A stretch of 64,000 nucleotides of DNA from the human T2T-CHM13v2.0 reference genome, Homo sapiens. The notes under the pieces were generated by a model. That model made no database searches. It was not told the DNA's origin and saw only the letters and a program-made list of their open reading frames with translations. A program made the translations under genes and the position numbers. Position 1 is the stretch's first letter, and each line of letters opens with the position of its first letter. This document shows, piece by piece, positions 27,829 to 45,372 of this stretch. The DNA lies in assembly GCF_009914755.1 (NCBI RefSeq), contig NC_060947.1; one strand, written 5' to 3'.

Positions 27829-28246
27829 GCTCTAGCCTGAAAAGTATATTTTCAAAATTTCCACATAATATAAAAATATAATTTCCAAAGATGTAATGAA
27901 ATACATATGCCTCCCCACCTCCCTCAAAAAAAAAAGTTTCTTTTTTTCTAGGAATAGATGATAATGTAAACAGCTTCCATGGAAGACACCCATCCCCAGG
28001 GAGGAAACCTGTACTCAACATCTGTAAGTTCCCACTACCAGGTTAAGCTATAAGTGAATGAAAGTAGAGTTCCAGGAAATACCATGTGTCAAGGTTTTAG
28101 GAAAAACTGAAGGAATCTACAAAGTTTATCCCAGTTTATCCCAAGTCTCATGTTTGTCAATCGTTTTGACTAATAACAGGCCCAAATTTCTGCCTTTGGC
28201 TGCTAGTTTAGCTACTATCACTTATATAGCAAGTTTGGGTTGTTAA

Positions 28247-28654
<408 letters not shown>

Positions 28655-30089
28655 TAAAAGAGTAGGCAGATGAGCAGTGAGAATAAGTTAATATACCTGG
28701 TGGTGGGTAAGTCAATTTCATTTTGAAGAAAGCTTTTTTTAAAATGTCATGTGCTATATGTCTTAATATATTATAGCATATACCAAGAAAAATTATAAAC
28801 AACTTACAATTATAATATTCTATTTCATTTCTACCAGTATTTGGCAAGTAATAAGTACTCAATAAACTTGATATCTTTTTATTGAGAATCTACCATTTCC
28901 AAGGATGTGATGTTTATTATAAGTCTTGGGATATGAAACTTTGTTTATATATATACATACATACACACAACCATCCCACATTCTGCTCACCAGTTTCTCA
29001 ATGCCTAATAAACCTAAACCAGGGATTATAAAGGTGCAACCCATAGAGCAAATCAGCCCACAGTCATCTTTTGTTTTCGTTACACTTACACAGTATTGCT
29101 TAAAATTTTTACATAATTGCCAATGTTTAACACAAGGGAAATTGTCTTGTGGAATCTGTAGCTCTGGTCTCACAGGATTACATGGTCTGGAGCTGCAAAT
29201 AAGTTGCCCTCTTTCGATGGGGCATTCGTTCTTCAGTTTGCCAGCCTCTACCTGGTCCCCATACACAGCTAAGTTTTTGTTTCCTGATCTAAACATTATC
29301 AGTCATTTTTATGACAAATTATTTCTCTCTCTTTAATGTACCTGGCTTAGAAGTTGACAATCAGGCAACTGAGTGCTTTGCCTAAGTAAAACCACGGGAA
29401 AAAAAAAAAATCAGTCCCTAGGAATACTCTTTGGTTTGACCTGTATCAGAGGTATTTGCACTTTTCAGTGGTCATTATCTTAGCCCAGATCCTTCTCCCC
29501 GTCACCTGGATTAGTAGAGTAGTCTTCTAGTGTTCTCCTGATATCCACACCCTTCACATCTTCTTTTGAACTGCTATCTGAGTTTATTTTTCAAAAGCAA
29601 ACCTGATTCTGCCTCTCTCCTATTGAAAACCTCTGCTAGCTAGTGCAGCTATACATTTGATAGAATAAAATCTGAACCCCTCAGCAGAGCAAATATATGT
29701 AGTAGGTATGAATTTTAACAGTCTTCATTCTGGAGACTGTAAAAATATAAGTTTGTTGTTTTATAACATCTAAATCACTCTTAAGAGGCCACATTCCATC
29801 AAAACGCAAAGATCTCAATTTACCCAATTTCAGTTACTCATGGATTTTCTCAGTCATTTTAGGTTTAAACACAATCCAGGATTTTCACCTCTGTATGCTC
29901 TTCTACTTTGTTCTATGATCACTCTAAGTCCAAGGGGCTTACAAATCTTCATGACATAGAGGCTGCAAATATAAGGCCCATATACATATCTACCCTCCAT
30001 CAAATGTGGAGTATATAATCCTAATCGAGTTTTTTACTGTCATCCCCTCTCTATGCTAGCATCTGCTGACTTAGAAATCTTCCCATTTG

Positions 30090-30419
<330 letters not shown>

Positions 30420-30821
30420 TCAAGCTTCTTTCCATCCTGGTGTCCCTTTGTTATGATTGACAGGCCCCTCCAGGTCTGCATGCTCTCAGTGGCCTATAGG
30501 AAAACTGATGGCTGCTTACCACTCCAGGTCCTATTCTAAAACATTTGCTATGCATTTTAAACTATTTGTTCAGTGTCTGTCTTTCTCACTAGAAGAATAA
30601 TGCTAAATTTGGGGTATATATTGTGCCTTGCTCACAAAATGGTTGGTGAATGAATAAATGTTGCCTCACAACTTGGCTTCCCCTGACCTTTCTGGTTTAT
30701 TCTACATACACAAACAGGCACAGACACATGAAATACAGGGTGCTATGGAAGTACTTAATAGGAAATACTAATTTAATCTGACTTTTATCAGGTCTATCTG
30801 AGGAAGTGATGTTTAAGCACT

Positions 30822-31708
30822 GTCCACATCCTCATTTTTAGAATCTGTGAATATGTTGCCTTATGTGAACGGAAATTAAAAATTCCAGACTCCAATTCAC
30901 TCTGCCAAAAGAAAAATCTAAGCTGAAAGCTGAGTCATACAAGAAACTGACTTTCCTTTTGTTCCTAAGCAGATAGCTACAGATAAAAGGTTAAATATCT
31001 CCACAGGTAGTTACTCTCTATGTTCACTTTATCTTATGTAAAGTGCTGATTTACTGAGAGCCAGATGAATACATAATTGATTCTTCCCCTACCTGCTCCT
31101 TTTCTCTTGCAACATGTGGATTTGGTAGTGTGACTATATCCTCCCTCTTTTCTCTCCAGCCCACTTTCCCCCTTTAAATATTGAAACCCTCAAAATCATC
31201 TTTGGAGAAAGGTACAAACCACAGACTGTTTCTGTAATTCCCTGTTTATTTCTTCTGGGCATGTCCTTAGTGTTGTCAAAATAAACTTCTAAATTGATTG
31301 AGACTTGTCTCAGCTAGTTTTTGGTTTACAGTTACATAGCAAAAAGTACTTTGCAAATATGATTAAAGTTAAGTATCTTGAGGAGTTTACCTGGATTATC
31401 CCAGTGGTCCCAGTTGAATCGCATGGGTCCTTAAAGCTGTAGAACCTTTCCCAGCCTGTGATCAGAGACAGACATGATGAGAAAAGAAAGGCCAGAGAGA
31501 TGTGATGTTGCTGCCTTGGGAAGGGGGCCTCTAGAATCTGGAAAAAAAACAAGGAAACAGTTCCTTAGAGCCTACAGAAAAGAACACAGCCTGCTGACAA
31601 CTTGATTTTATCCCAGTGACCTTCACAACTGGAAAATATTAAATTTGCATTGTTTTAAGTCTCTAAGTTCACAGTCATTTGCTATGGCAGCCATAGAAAA
31701 TGATTATC
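30822..31708 (+). mobile_element. MaLR LTR (MLT1D-like) interrupted by an ERV1 LTR
   Basis: TGTGAATATGTTGCCTTA | insertion | GTTACATAGCAAAAAGTACTTTGCAAATATGATTAAAGTTAAG; 3' end GGCAGCCATAGAAAA. Confidence 0.75.
30864..31330 (+). mobile_element. ERV1 solo LTR (MER4 family, MER4C-like), 467 bp
   Basis: TG..CA termini, AATAAA near the 3' end, terminal TTTTTGGTTTACA, 4-bp TSD CTTA/GTTA; AP-1 motif TGAGTCA at 30931-30937. Confidence 0.8.
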
Positions 31709-33517
31709 ATTCCCCTATTACCCACTCCTTCAGCTGCTTCAAACAGGGTTGTTCTGCATTTATATCTTTTCCCTACTGGAGTTCTGCATAAAATTTCATT
31801 TGAGGTTAGGGCTCCAGGATGACCTGCCTCATTCCCTCAGACATGCCTTGACACATTTCCTCTTGCTGTTGCCTCTATCCAGACTCCTTTACCCCCAGCC
31901 ATTGGAGTTCACTCAGCATTCTTCCAGTAACCATTCAAGAACCGGCTCAGGTGACACCCTTTTTCTAACTGTCTCTGACATTACTACCCCATTCTACCCC
32001 AGGCAGAATTAATTGCTCCTTCTCTAAGTTTCCATTATTATTCATACATGCTTTTCTTATTGAACTAATTATAAATCAATAATTTCTTAGGGACAGGGAT
32101 CCTGTCCACCTACATCTTTTTAACAAACCATCTAGCTGAGTGTCTGACATATGGTAGATACTTCTCTGACCACCATGTCTAAGTGAGATTCTGCTTATTG
32201 TATTTTCAGTCACAGTCTGTGTTTCTTTCTTACAACAACTTGTAATTCTGTATTTACTTCTGTATTGACTGTCTTCCCCACCAGATTAAGTTTGAGGACA
32301 TGTCAGCCCTGTATATCATGGTATCTATAGCATCTGCAACAGTGCCTGCCGTCAGTGTGGGCTATTAATGAGAATTTAGGTAATAAATACGTTGCTGAAT
32401 GCATGTCTGCTTAACTTAATTAGTAGTTGGGAGAATGGGATCTAGTTGCAGAGCTGATCCTAACCATAGCTGTTGAAAATTGCAGAAAGAGACTTGCAGC
32501 AAAGGATCCCAGAGATCAGGTCCAGCCACCCTCTCTCAAATCACAGTACCCATCCCCACACTTGCTAATAGGAATAGCCAGGCCTCACCTCACTGAAACA
32601 GCTGCTCACTCCCAGGAGAGTGAATAAATGGAGTCCTGGCACACAGCTCTGAAAAGTTGCCAACTTGTAATACAACTTGTCACTGGATATTGGAGGCATT
32701 TACTTGAAAATAATTAGTAGCCTTTCTGTGCATCAAAAGTGACCAAATCCATAGCATCCCTATTGAGATTGATGACTTTGTTTCCCAAAACTCATCAGAG
32801 AAGATGTTTTCAATTTCAGTGGTAAAATCAATATGCTGAGCAAACACCCATATTGCATATTGGGTGACTTTTATTGAGTATGTTGGTCTGGTAACTAATG
32901 GGTTGCCACAGATAAAGTGTTCATATCTACTAATTAGAAAATCCTAGTCAGAAACATGTTCCTTTTGAGGCTTCTTTATAATGCAAACACACCTAAGTGT
33001 TTTAGATAGGTAACTCTTCGGAGTTTGTTTTTCCTCAACCAAAGCTAGCCTCGTAAGAAGGCAAGATACATAGCACCGTATAGAGTGATTTAAGGAACAC
33101 TGTGAAGACTTGCCCTCAAAAGTATCTCTCCCACTGTTAGTACTAGTGGCAAGTTTACCAGTTAACAATAACTCCCCTAAATTACAGCCATACACACACC
33201 ATCCAGTTAAAACTCAAATATCTGAAAAAGGAAGTTGTAGTCCTTAACTATGAATAAGGTGATATGATTCTTGATTTGAAACAGACTTTATATAGAAGAA
33301 ACAAAGGAAAACATAAGAGTTGGAAGAAATGTGTGAGTGTTTTTGTATATCATTGGGATGGGGGGAATCTGAGTTGTGCACAACATCCAAAGAAGAGAAG
33401 TAAATATCGAGGTGGGAGGGTTTTCTGCAGTGAGGGTAAGGTATCACTGCAGGTAAACTTGCCTAATTTCAACCTGCCCTAAGAACACCAGACTTAAACA
33501 TTTCCTCTCATGAATAT

Positions 33518-33863
33518 TGACATGGCTCGGCTCTGTGTCCGCACCCAAATCTCACCTTGAATTATAATCCCTGCGTGTCAACAGCTGGAGGTAATTGAAT
33601 CATGGCAGTGATTTCCCCCATGCTTTTCTCGTGATAATGAGTGAGTCTGACAAGATCTGATGATTTTATAAGGGTCTGGCATTTCCCATGCTTGCACTCA
33701 TTCTCTCCCCTCCTGCCCTGTGAAGAGGTGCCTTCTGCCATGATTGTAAGTTTCCTGAGGCCTCCCCAGCCATGTGGAACTGTGAGTCAATTAAACCTCT
33801 TTTCCTTATAAATTGCCCAGTCTCAGGTATTTCTTCATAGCAGTGTGAGAACAGACAAATACA
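33518..33863 (+). mobile_element. THE1 solo LTR (THE1C/D-like)
   Basis: TGACATGG..CCCAAATCTCACCTTGAATT..GGAACTGTGAGTCAATTAAACCTCTTT..AATACA; perfect 5-bp TSD AATAT at 33513-33517 and 33864-33868. Confidence 0.92.
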
Positions 33864-34113
33864 AATATGTTTGTCACATAGCAATGTCTTCTCTGGGAAA
33901 ACAGCAAATCTCTTTCTGAAATGAGTCTCCCATGCTTGATAGAGCTTAGGCCAAGGCCATCCCTCAAAAAAGTTGTAAAGCTGCTCATGATTTTATAAGT
34001 TTCTCCATCAGCCCTGTTCTGGGCTCTCTCACCTAGGCAGTTCTATTTTTTTCTCTTTATTTGAACTCTTAGGAAAGGATTTAAAGGCTCTGGAGGCAGT
34101 CATCTACTTGTCT

Positions 34114-34182
34114 TTATATCTGATTGTGGAATAATAACAGAACTTATACCTGATTGTGAAATAATAATAGAACTTGATACCT
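34114..34182. repeat. 30-bp tandem duplication, about 2.3 copies
   Basis: TTATATCTGATTGTGGAATAATAACAGAAC / TTATACCTGATTGTGAAATAATAATAGAAC / TTGATACCT. Confidence 0.85.
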
Positions 34183-34279
34183 ATTGAAAATATGTGAGGC
34201 ATTGGGGAATTGCTGGAAGGGGAACTAGGGATAAAAATAAGGATTTCGATAGATAGAAAACTTGCCCAAGTTTTCTGAA

Positions 34280-34812
34280 ATTAGACAGTCATCACCTTAA
34301 TCTAATGGTCAATCTGAGCTTCACTACTTCACTAATGGTGGGACACTTTCCTGATGCAACATAACATAGAGTATCCAACATTGCCTATAATATAATCTTG
34401 TCGAAAATGTTTGGCTTGAATCTAAGCAAGGCTTTACTCCAATTTTCAGTTTACAGGAAATAAAGGGGATAGAGAAACCAGCTAAACAGCGCTTCCAAGA
34501 AGCCTAGAAAATGACTGGCCTAGTCTCTTCAGAAAGTTCTTGTAGTGGAGAGGAAATTGTTCTAGATTAAAAGATAGTTATCACAATGATCAGATCCAAC
34601 ATATGGTCCTGGATAAAATCCTGGTTTGGACAAGCAAACAAAAATGTAAGGAGTATTTTGAGGATCATCAAAATTTGAATATGCATGGGTATTGAACAAT
34701 ATTTAAGAATTATTAATTTTTAGATGTGCTAGTGTTATTTTAACTCTAAAAGGAAAAATATTCTTATTTTTAGAGATGCATACCAAAATATTTAGGGTTA
34801 GAATGCTATAGT
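34280..34812 (+). mobile_element. Ancient L1ME-type 3' fragment
   Basis: Weak resemblance (TTTTAGAGATGCATACCAAAATATTTAGGG; TTCTAGATTAAAAGA). Confidence 0.45.
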
Positions 34813-35369
34813 CTCTGTGTGCTTCATCATAAAACAAGATCCTGAAATCATACCATACTGATTATTACCTATTCTACCTGTGCTTAAGAACAATAAAAAT
34901 GATCCAAAATTTGGCCAGATATTTCCAATATAGACAAGAGATCATGACTTGAACTTTGCTATACAAATGATCCTTACACACTCCTAAGAGGCACTGAATG
35001 AAGGGCATAATGATACTTTTGAATTCGCTTGCAAGAAACATTCCACCATTTGTATTTCTGTGCAGATATTCAACAGACTGAAAACTGGGACATTCTATTT
35101 CTCTAATTCTGTTTATCTAAACTGATCTAGTTTAACTAGTTTAACTAGACCAGTGGTGTGTTCAGCTATGCTGACAATCAATAGAATTTAAAAGGCAGAA
35201 TATTAAAACTCAGAGTCCATGAACAACTATTTAAAGATGGGTGCTTCTGAAAACAAGAAGCAAAGACAAGATTGATGGCCAATACTACTAAAGCACAAAG
35301 TTCCAATTAGATAGAACTTTATAAGACTCACTAGAGGCTGAATGGTATAAAGTTGTATAGGCCCTGAAG

Positions 35370-35575
35370 CCTACCAGAATCCTGTATTTGAATCCCAGTT
35401 CTGCTACTTCTAAGCTGTGTTCTCAGGGCAGGTAGCTAATTTTTTGAACCTTCATTTCTTCATCTATAATTAATGTGCATTTGCCCCATAGGGTCATTGT
35501 GTGGATTAAATGAGATAATGTACATGAAGTGTTTAGCACAGGGCCTGAGATGTACTCAGCAGTCAATAAATGGAA
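35370..35575 (+). mobile_element. MIR SINE
   Basis: TTTGAATCCCAGTTCTGCTACTT..TTTCTTCATCTATAA..GGATTAAATGAGATAATG. Confidence 0.85.
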
Positions 35576-36749
35576 GCCATTTTTTTCCTATCTCTAAATC
35601 AATGGTTTTTCAGCACTGGTCTATTGATGGATTTTGGGGAATCTATTATCTCTATGAAATTGAATGTAAAATTTTGTGAAGTCTCATTTTATCAAGACTC
35701 TTCATTTTTATCAAGACTCTTCGTTTTTATCAGGTTTCCAGAGGTCCACAACTGACTCAAATGTTTAACACTCACTGTTTAAGAAGTATTTTATTAATCA
35801 ATTCTAGATATGTGATATGGCTGTATTGATTATGGCAACTGATTTCAACAAATTATATATGTCCTGTCAAAATGTTTTTATCACCTCTCCTACCAACACT
35901 TAGTTTTGTTAGTTATCACCAGCCAAGGGAAAACAAAGAGACTGATGAAAGGTCAAAGAGAAGCCCACTCTTGGGAGTAGGCCCAGCAAGACTGTACAAA
36001 AAGGGTAGCAATATCTTTTTTTCCTGTCTAATCCTTGTTGGCTGTAGAGAGTGAAGCCCTGATTAATGCCTTGTTATAACATTTTTAAAGTTCAGCTTAT
36101 GAAATGGAGGTACCAGGACTAGCTATATATTAGAGAGATTACTATCAGACATGAAAATAGAATAATACTTGTCTGGAATGTACACTTTACCCAGAAGCTG
36201 GTGGCTTCCTGAAAATCTTACTAAAATTTTAAAGTGTCTTGGCAATAGTTTTCAAGTACTACAAGTTTAACCTGACCCTACTTCTGCAGCACATCTTCTA
36301 AAATCTCCTACAGGCAAATCCCTGCAAAGTCTACAAATTGTTGGCAAGGAGACATGTCTATAATCAAGGACTAATCCTATTGACCATCATTAACACTTCC
36401 ATACTCCAGCCTCTCAGTTCTGAATGCTATGTCACGATTCCACCTGTCACTACACATCCCTCAGAGGATTACAGTGTCTTTTAAATCTCCTTTTAGAGGA
36501 GCTATAAGAATCTGATACATAGGTCACATCCATTTTAAAGATGTTACATTTATCATCTCAGATAGAGTTTTTTTCATCTATCATGTGATTCTACTTTATA
36601 TTTGCAATTGCCTGGTCTCAGATAATTGTGTGGACACAGGCATAGGAACTTGGTGGTCAGATGGTATGTCCTCACAATGACAATTGAAAAAAACATCAAA
36701 AATAATTTATCCCTGAGCATGCACAGGGTGTGACCTTGTGTTACATTAG

Positions 36750-37370
36750 ACAAGTACTTATTGTGTACCTACCAAGTTCTAGTCACTGTGCATAGATCAG
36801 ACGATGCATAATAAGGATACTCTTCCTGCCCTCAAGGAGCTTCCTGCTGTCTAGAGACATGTAAACAGATAATTTCAATAAAATCTCACAGAAAATAATT
36901 ACAATAGCAGTAATTACAGGACACTGTGGAAATAGAGGAGACTTCTTAAAAGAGAGTTAGTCTAAAGTAAAAGTTACCCATGTGCATGTGTGTATTGTGG
37001 AGTGTTCCAGACAGAGGAGATAGCATGTACAGAGGCTCAGAGGTAGAACATAATGCATTTGTGGAACTGCAAGAAATTCCATGGCTGATCTGTGGAAGTC
37101 AAGAGAAGAATTGCAGGAACTGTGACCAAAGATAGAAGTGAGATCATGAAGGTTCTTAGAAGCTGTACTGAGGTGTTTAGACTCTGTAGAAGGTATGAGA
37201 AACTATTAGAGTTGTAAGCCATAGTAACATGATAGGAATTGGATTTTATAATGATAATACCAGTTGCAGTGCAGAAAATAGACTGAATTAAGGCATGATT
37301 CAAGGCAAGGGACCAGTTTGAAGGCTACTGCAGTGATTTAGGCAAGAGATGATGGTGCTCCAAATGAAAC
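36750..37370 (-). mobile_element. L2 LINE fragment
   Basis: CCTGCCCTCAAGGAGCTT; GTTCCAGACAGAGGAGATAGCATGTAC; GGCTACTGCAGTGATTTAGGCAAGAGATGATGG. Confidence 0.75.
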
Positions 37371-37379
37371 TCTGAATAT

Positions 37380-37823
37380 TGTAGTAAATGCAGTGGTACA
37401 CCACCCAGAACCCCACTTTAGGACCAAGGCATTTATCCCCCTAGTTGATGGGAATATTGGCTACGGAAGCCTCACAGATGAGTTCCTCTCTAGAAATTTC
37501 CATTAGCCAAAGGAAGCTGACTTGTTCAATGATATGGTCTCTCTCCATGGGCAGCAAACATCCACCAACTGAGCAATGCAGGCATTCAAAGGCCCATGTC
37601 TGACCCATACCTCAATTTTAGACAACTCTGAAGTACCACCTCGGTTCATAAGCTTGCTGTGGAACAGGCTAAGACCTTTGTTATGACTGCATCACAGTTC
37701 ATCTGTTCCTTCTGCCCGATTCGCTTCATTCCCTTACAGTTTTGTTCCTGAGAATACTTCCCAATAAATTTCTCACATGCAAACCTCTGTCTCGGTCTAT
37801 TTTCACAGGACTAGATTGAAACA
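37380..37823 (+). mobile_element. ERVL solo LTR (LTR16-like)
   Basis: TGTAG start; 3' CCCAATAAATTTCTCACATGCAAACCTCTGTCTCGGTCT typical of LTR16; ends in ACA. Confidence 0.65.
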
Positions 37824-38974
37824 GAACCTCAGTAGTTCTCGTCTGTAAAATGAGAGGGTAGATTTAATGCTTGCTAAAAACACTTCCTGTTTGTGCTACC
37901 ATGCCATGGACTTTGGGATTCTTCGACAATTCCTACAGCTGTTTCAAAACAACAGAAAATGGATATGACAGATGCTTAATTTTAGCAATCTCAGCAGGAC
38001 TCATCACAGTAATTAGAAATGTTTCACAAACAGACCACCCACAAATCTTGCACTCAGTTGGGGTTGACATTGTCTACTTTTATAGATATAAAATTCTTAA
38101 TGGCTTCCATGCCAAAGCTTGCTTCTTATAAAAAATACTGCTGCTCCCTGTGGACCAGCATGAAACAGTGCTGCTATCTTTTGCTGATACCAGAATTAAA
38201 AGCAGTAATCCCAGCACTTTTGAAAATGCACTGTAAAGCTAAATGTATGATTAATATATCAAGTAGGATATTGCTGCTATGACTGTCCTCCCTTTCCAAA
38301 ACATTCTCAGCAAAATAAAATTGAAATGCGGAATTCTTTTGTGAGCTATACCTCACTGCTATCAATGGTGATCCATTCCTAAACTCTAAATCATGTTATT
38401 CTGACCATCTCAGAACAACAGTTTCTTATACACTTTCCATGATTTATGAAGGGCATTTTCCTGTAAAGAAGATTTTTAAAGCATGTATTTATAAAGTGTA
38501 GTTCCAATCTTAGAATGTGAGAGCTACAAACATCTTCCAACATCTTGACCTGGAGTTTTTAACCTAGGGTCTCTGAAACCCTAAAGTTGTGTGCAAAATT
38601 TTGTGAAGTGGTGCCATAGTTGTTATTAGAATATATAATCTAATATATAAAAGGTTGATGGCCACTGAAAGGTTAAGAACCATTGTTTACACACCAATCA
38701 TCTTGCTTCATACTTGAACACAGGTTTAAGAGATGAGCTTTAGACAACTTATCCAAGGTTGACTAGTTTATTAGTAGCTCAACTGGCACTAGAACTCTTG
38801 TTTGTTTCCCCTCAGCCCAGTGAGCTTTCTGCTACACTAAGCTTTGAAGGCATTTGAAACCAAGGCATCATTTCTAGTACATTATAATTTCTTTCCCATC
38901 ACACCAACACTTTCCTACTGCCAAGAAAATGTTTCTCAAAGGAAACTAAAGCTAGGCTCAGTAACTTTTATAAT

Positions 38975-39425
38975 ACCTCCTATTTATCTAGCATTTTATA
39001 GTTTTCAAAGCACTTTCACACACGATTACATTTGATTTGAGCCTTGAAACTCCTGCAAGGTAAGAAAGTCAGAGTTAAAAGCATAGGCTCTGGAACCGGG
39101 CTGCCTGGGAAGGAATCCCACCTCTGCTAGCTTTTTGTGCCTCAGCTGCCTCATCTGTAAAATGAGGATGATGGTTGTATCTATATCATGAACACACTGT
39201 AAACAATAATTGAGTTAACACACGAAAATCGCAGAGAGCAGAGCCTTCCATACAGTACACATGTAATAAATAGTAGCTATTATCATTATCCCTATTTTAT
39301 AATTGCCAGTCAGAAAATTAAGAAACAATATTATGTGACTTGCTCAAAGGTGTCCTGGAATAGTGGATCTAGGACTCAAAAACAAGGTATTTTAACCCCA
39401 GGTCAAAAATGTTTCAATGTACAAC
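38975..39425. mobile_element. MIR cluster (sense MIR 39075-39290 flanked by antisense MIR pieces)
   Basis: GGCTCTGGAACCGGGCTGCCTGGG..GCCTCAGCTGCCTCATCTGTAAAATGAGG; flanks resemble antisense MIR. Confidence 0.7.
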
Positions 39426-40189
39426 ATGTAGAATTCTGAGTATAAATATAACAACCATAAAGCAGTCAACCTCCCTGTGATTAAAACAGCAATTAATTTA
39501 TTTATATCCAGTGATAAGCTAGACATCATGGGTACCCAAGCATGAAATTCAAAATCTGTTCTAAAAATCACCTCTTATTTCCTGTTCTTAAATGCATAGA
39601 AAAGAAAATCAAATGAAATCACTGAATATGTTATGTCTAAGCTTCTTTATAAGCCACATTAGGCATGTTCCTTGAAAATGAGTTTTTAATTAAGAAGGCA
39701 TGTTGGGTATGGTCAATTATTTGGGGGAATTTATTTTAAAAGAAATTATATGCAGTATTAAAAACCCTGGCCAAGAAGAAGGCAAGTGACCTTAGAAATG
39801 CTTTCAATAAGCTCAAAAAGGCCCAAGTCATATCCCCAAACAATCATTAAGGCCTGTACTCATGGTGTGTTCAAAATGAGCAAGGCCTCAGACAACAAGA
39901 GCTGGAGTGCTCTTGCCTCCTGGCTGAAAAAGAACAAGGAGGTCTCAGTTACTTTCCTTTAAATTGTGCGGTGGCCACTTCAGCTGCACTAACTCAGAGC
40001 TCCCAAATGCACTGGGGCTGAAGGAGCCTTTTAAATGAATTTCTCAGTTACCATAAAATACTTTATAAACTTTTCTAACCAAGTCCCTTTATACTTGTAG
40101 GTTGGATGAGCTGGATTGTGTGAAAAGCATCCCTTTTTTGCAAGAATGTCCCTGAGGGCAGTAGGCATGTTCTTCAGTGATTGATTAGC

Positions 40190-40209
40190 AGGCAAGTTAT
40201 AACATGCCA
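40190..40209. promoter_or_regulatory. Candidate p53/p63-family response element
   Basis: AGGCAAGTTA-TAACATGCCA: two RRRCWWGYYY-like decamers, no spacer, both CWWG cores intact (17/20). Motif match only. Confidence 0.35.
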
Positions 40210-40362
40210 GACTAGGAGAAGTCCGCAGCCCTTTTCTTTGAACAAACTCACCCATTTTCTTGCCTTCCAACTTTCCATTTGTAATTTATTAAAATACTAC
40301 CTACTCTTGCTCCCAATCAGTTGAGACCATATCTGACAAAATTGATAGCATTATGAATGTGA

Positions 40363-40703
<341 letters not shown>

Positions 40704-41692
40704 GAAACATCCTTTTTTCCAATGTCATGAAAACCCATGATATCTATTAGTTTGTTTTAGTAGTGGCTTTGTGCTTCCCTATAACAGCATTCCACGTGAA
40801 ACTATTTTTAGCAGACAGGAGTCTGGTACTGACTCTCCTTTTATTTAAGTTCAAAGCAACATACCCCAATGTGTCCATCAAAAGCTGAGAAAGAAGCTAT
40901 GCTTATGCCACTGGAATCCAGAACAGGAGGGTGCTGAAGCTGGGGCCTGATCCTGGGCATAAGATTGGAAGAAGAGACCATAGTTGGGCATCAAACCAAC
41001 AGCCCACTGAACCATCAACTGGGTGAACATTCCCTTCTACCTGCACAGTCAGCTGAAACCCACACCCCAAGACCAGCCCTGGCTCAAGGCAGAAAGGCAG
41101 TGTAATGTGATGGGAACAACACCAACTATATTAAGCATCTGGGACCTGAGTCTTAATACCAGTTCTACTAAAATTTAGCCATGTGACCTTAGGCAAATTA
41201 CTTCTTCCCAGAAACTGTTTTCTATGACATGAGAGAGATTGAAGAAAATGAGAGTTTTTTGCAGGTTATCACATGCTAAATAAACAGCCCTAAACCCACA
41301 ACTTAGCATCTTCTTTGGTGTATTTTGATTTCATTATGACTTTGAGACTGCAATATTCCAGTAACTATGTCTGTATCTTGTTTCTCTATATCCAAATCCT
41401 TATCTAGAAATCTAATTCTCACACGGTGACTTAATATCTGGCCACCTGATCCCCAGTCTCCATGAGTAGATCCTCAATTTTTTTTTTATTATACTTTAAG
41501 TTTTAGGGTACATGTGCACATTGTGCAGGTTAGTTACATATGTATACATGTGCCATGCTGGTGCGCTGCACCCACTAACTCATCATCTAGCATTAGGTAT
41601 ATCTCCGAATGCTATCCCTCCCCCCTCCCCCCACCCCACCACAGTCCCCAGAGTGTGATATTCCCCTCCCTGTGTCCATGTGATCTCATTGT

Positions 41693-45309
<3,617 letters not shown>

Positions 45310-45372
45310 TATGATGTTAGCTGGTTATTTTGCTCGTTAGTTGATGCAGTTTCTTCCTAGTCTCGATGGTCT

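Noticed and set aside
28859-29336. Overlapping 145-aa and 136-aa ORFs on opposite strands
   Set aside because: No recognisable domain, low-complexity portions, probable decayed DNA-transposon sequence; consistent with chance.
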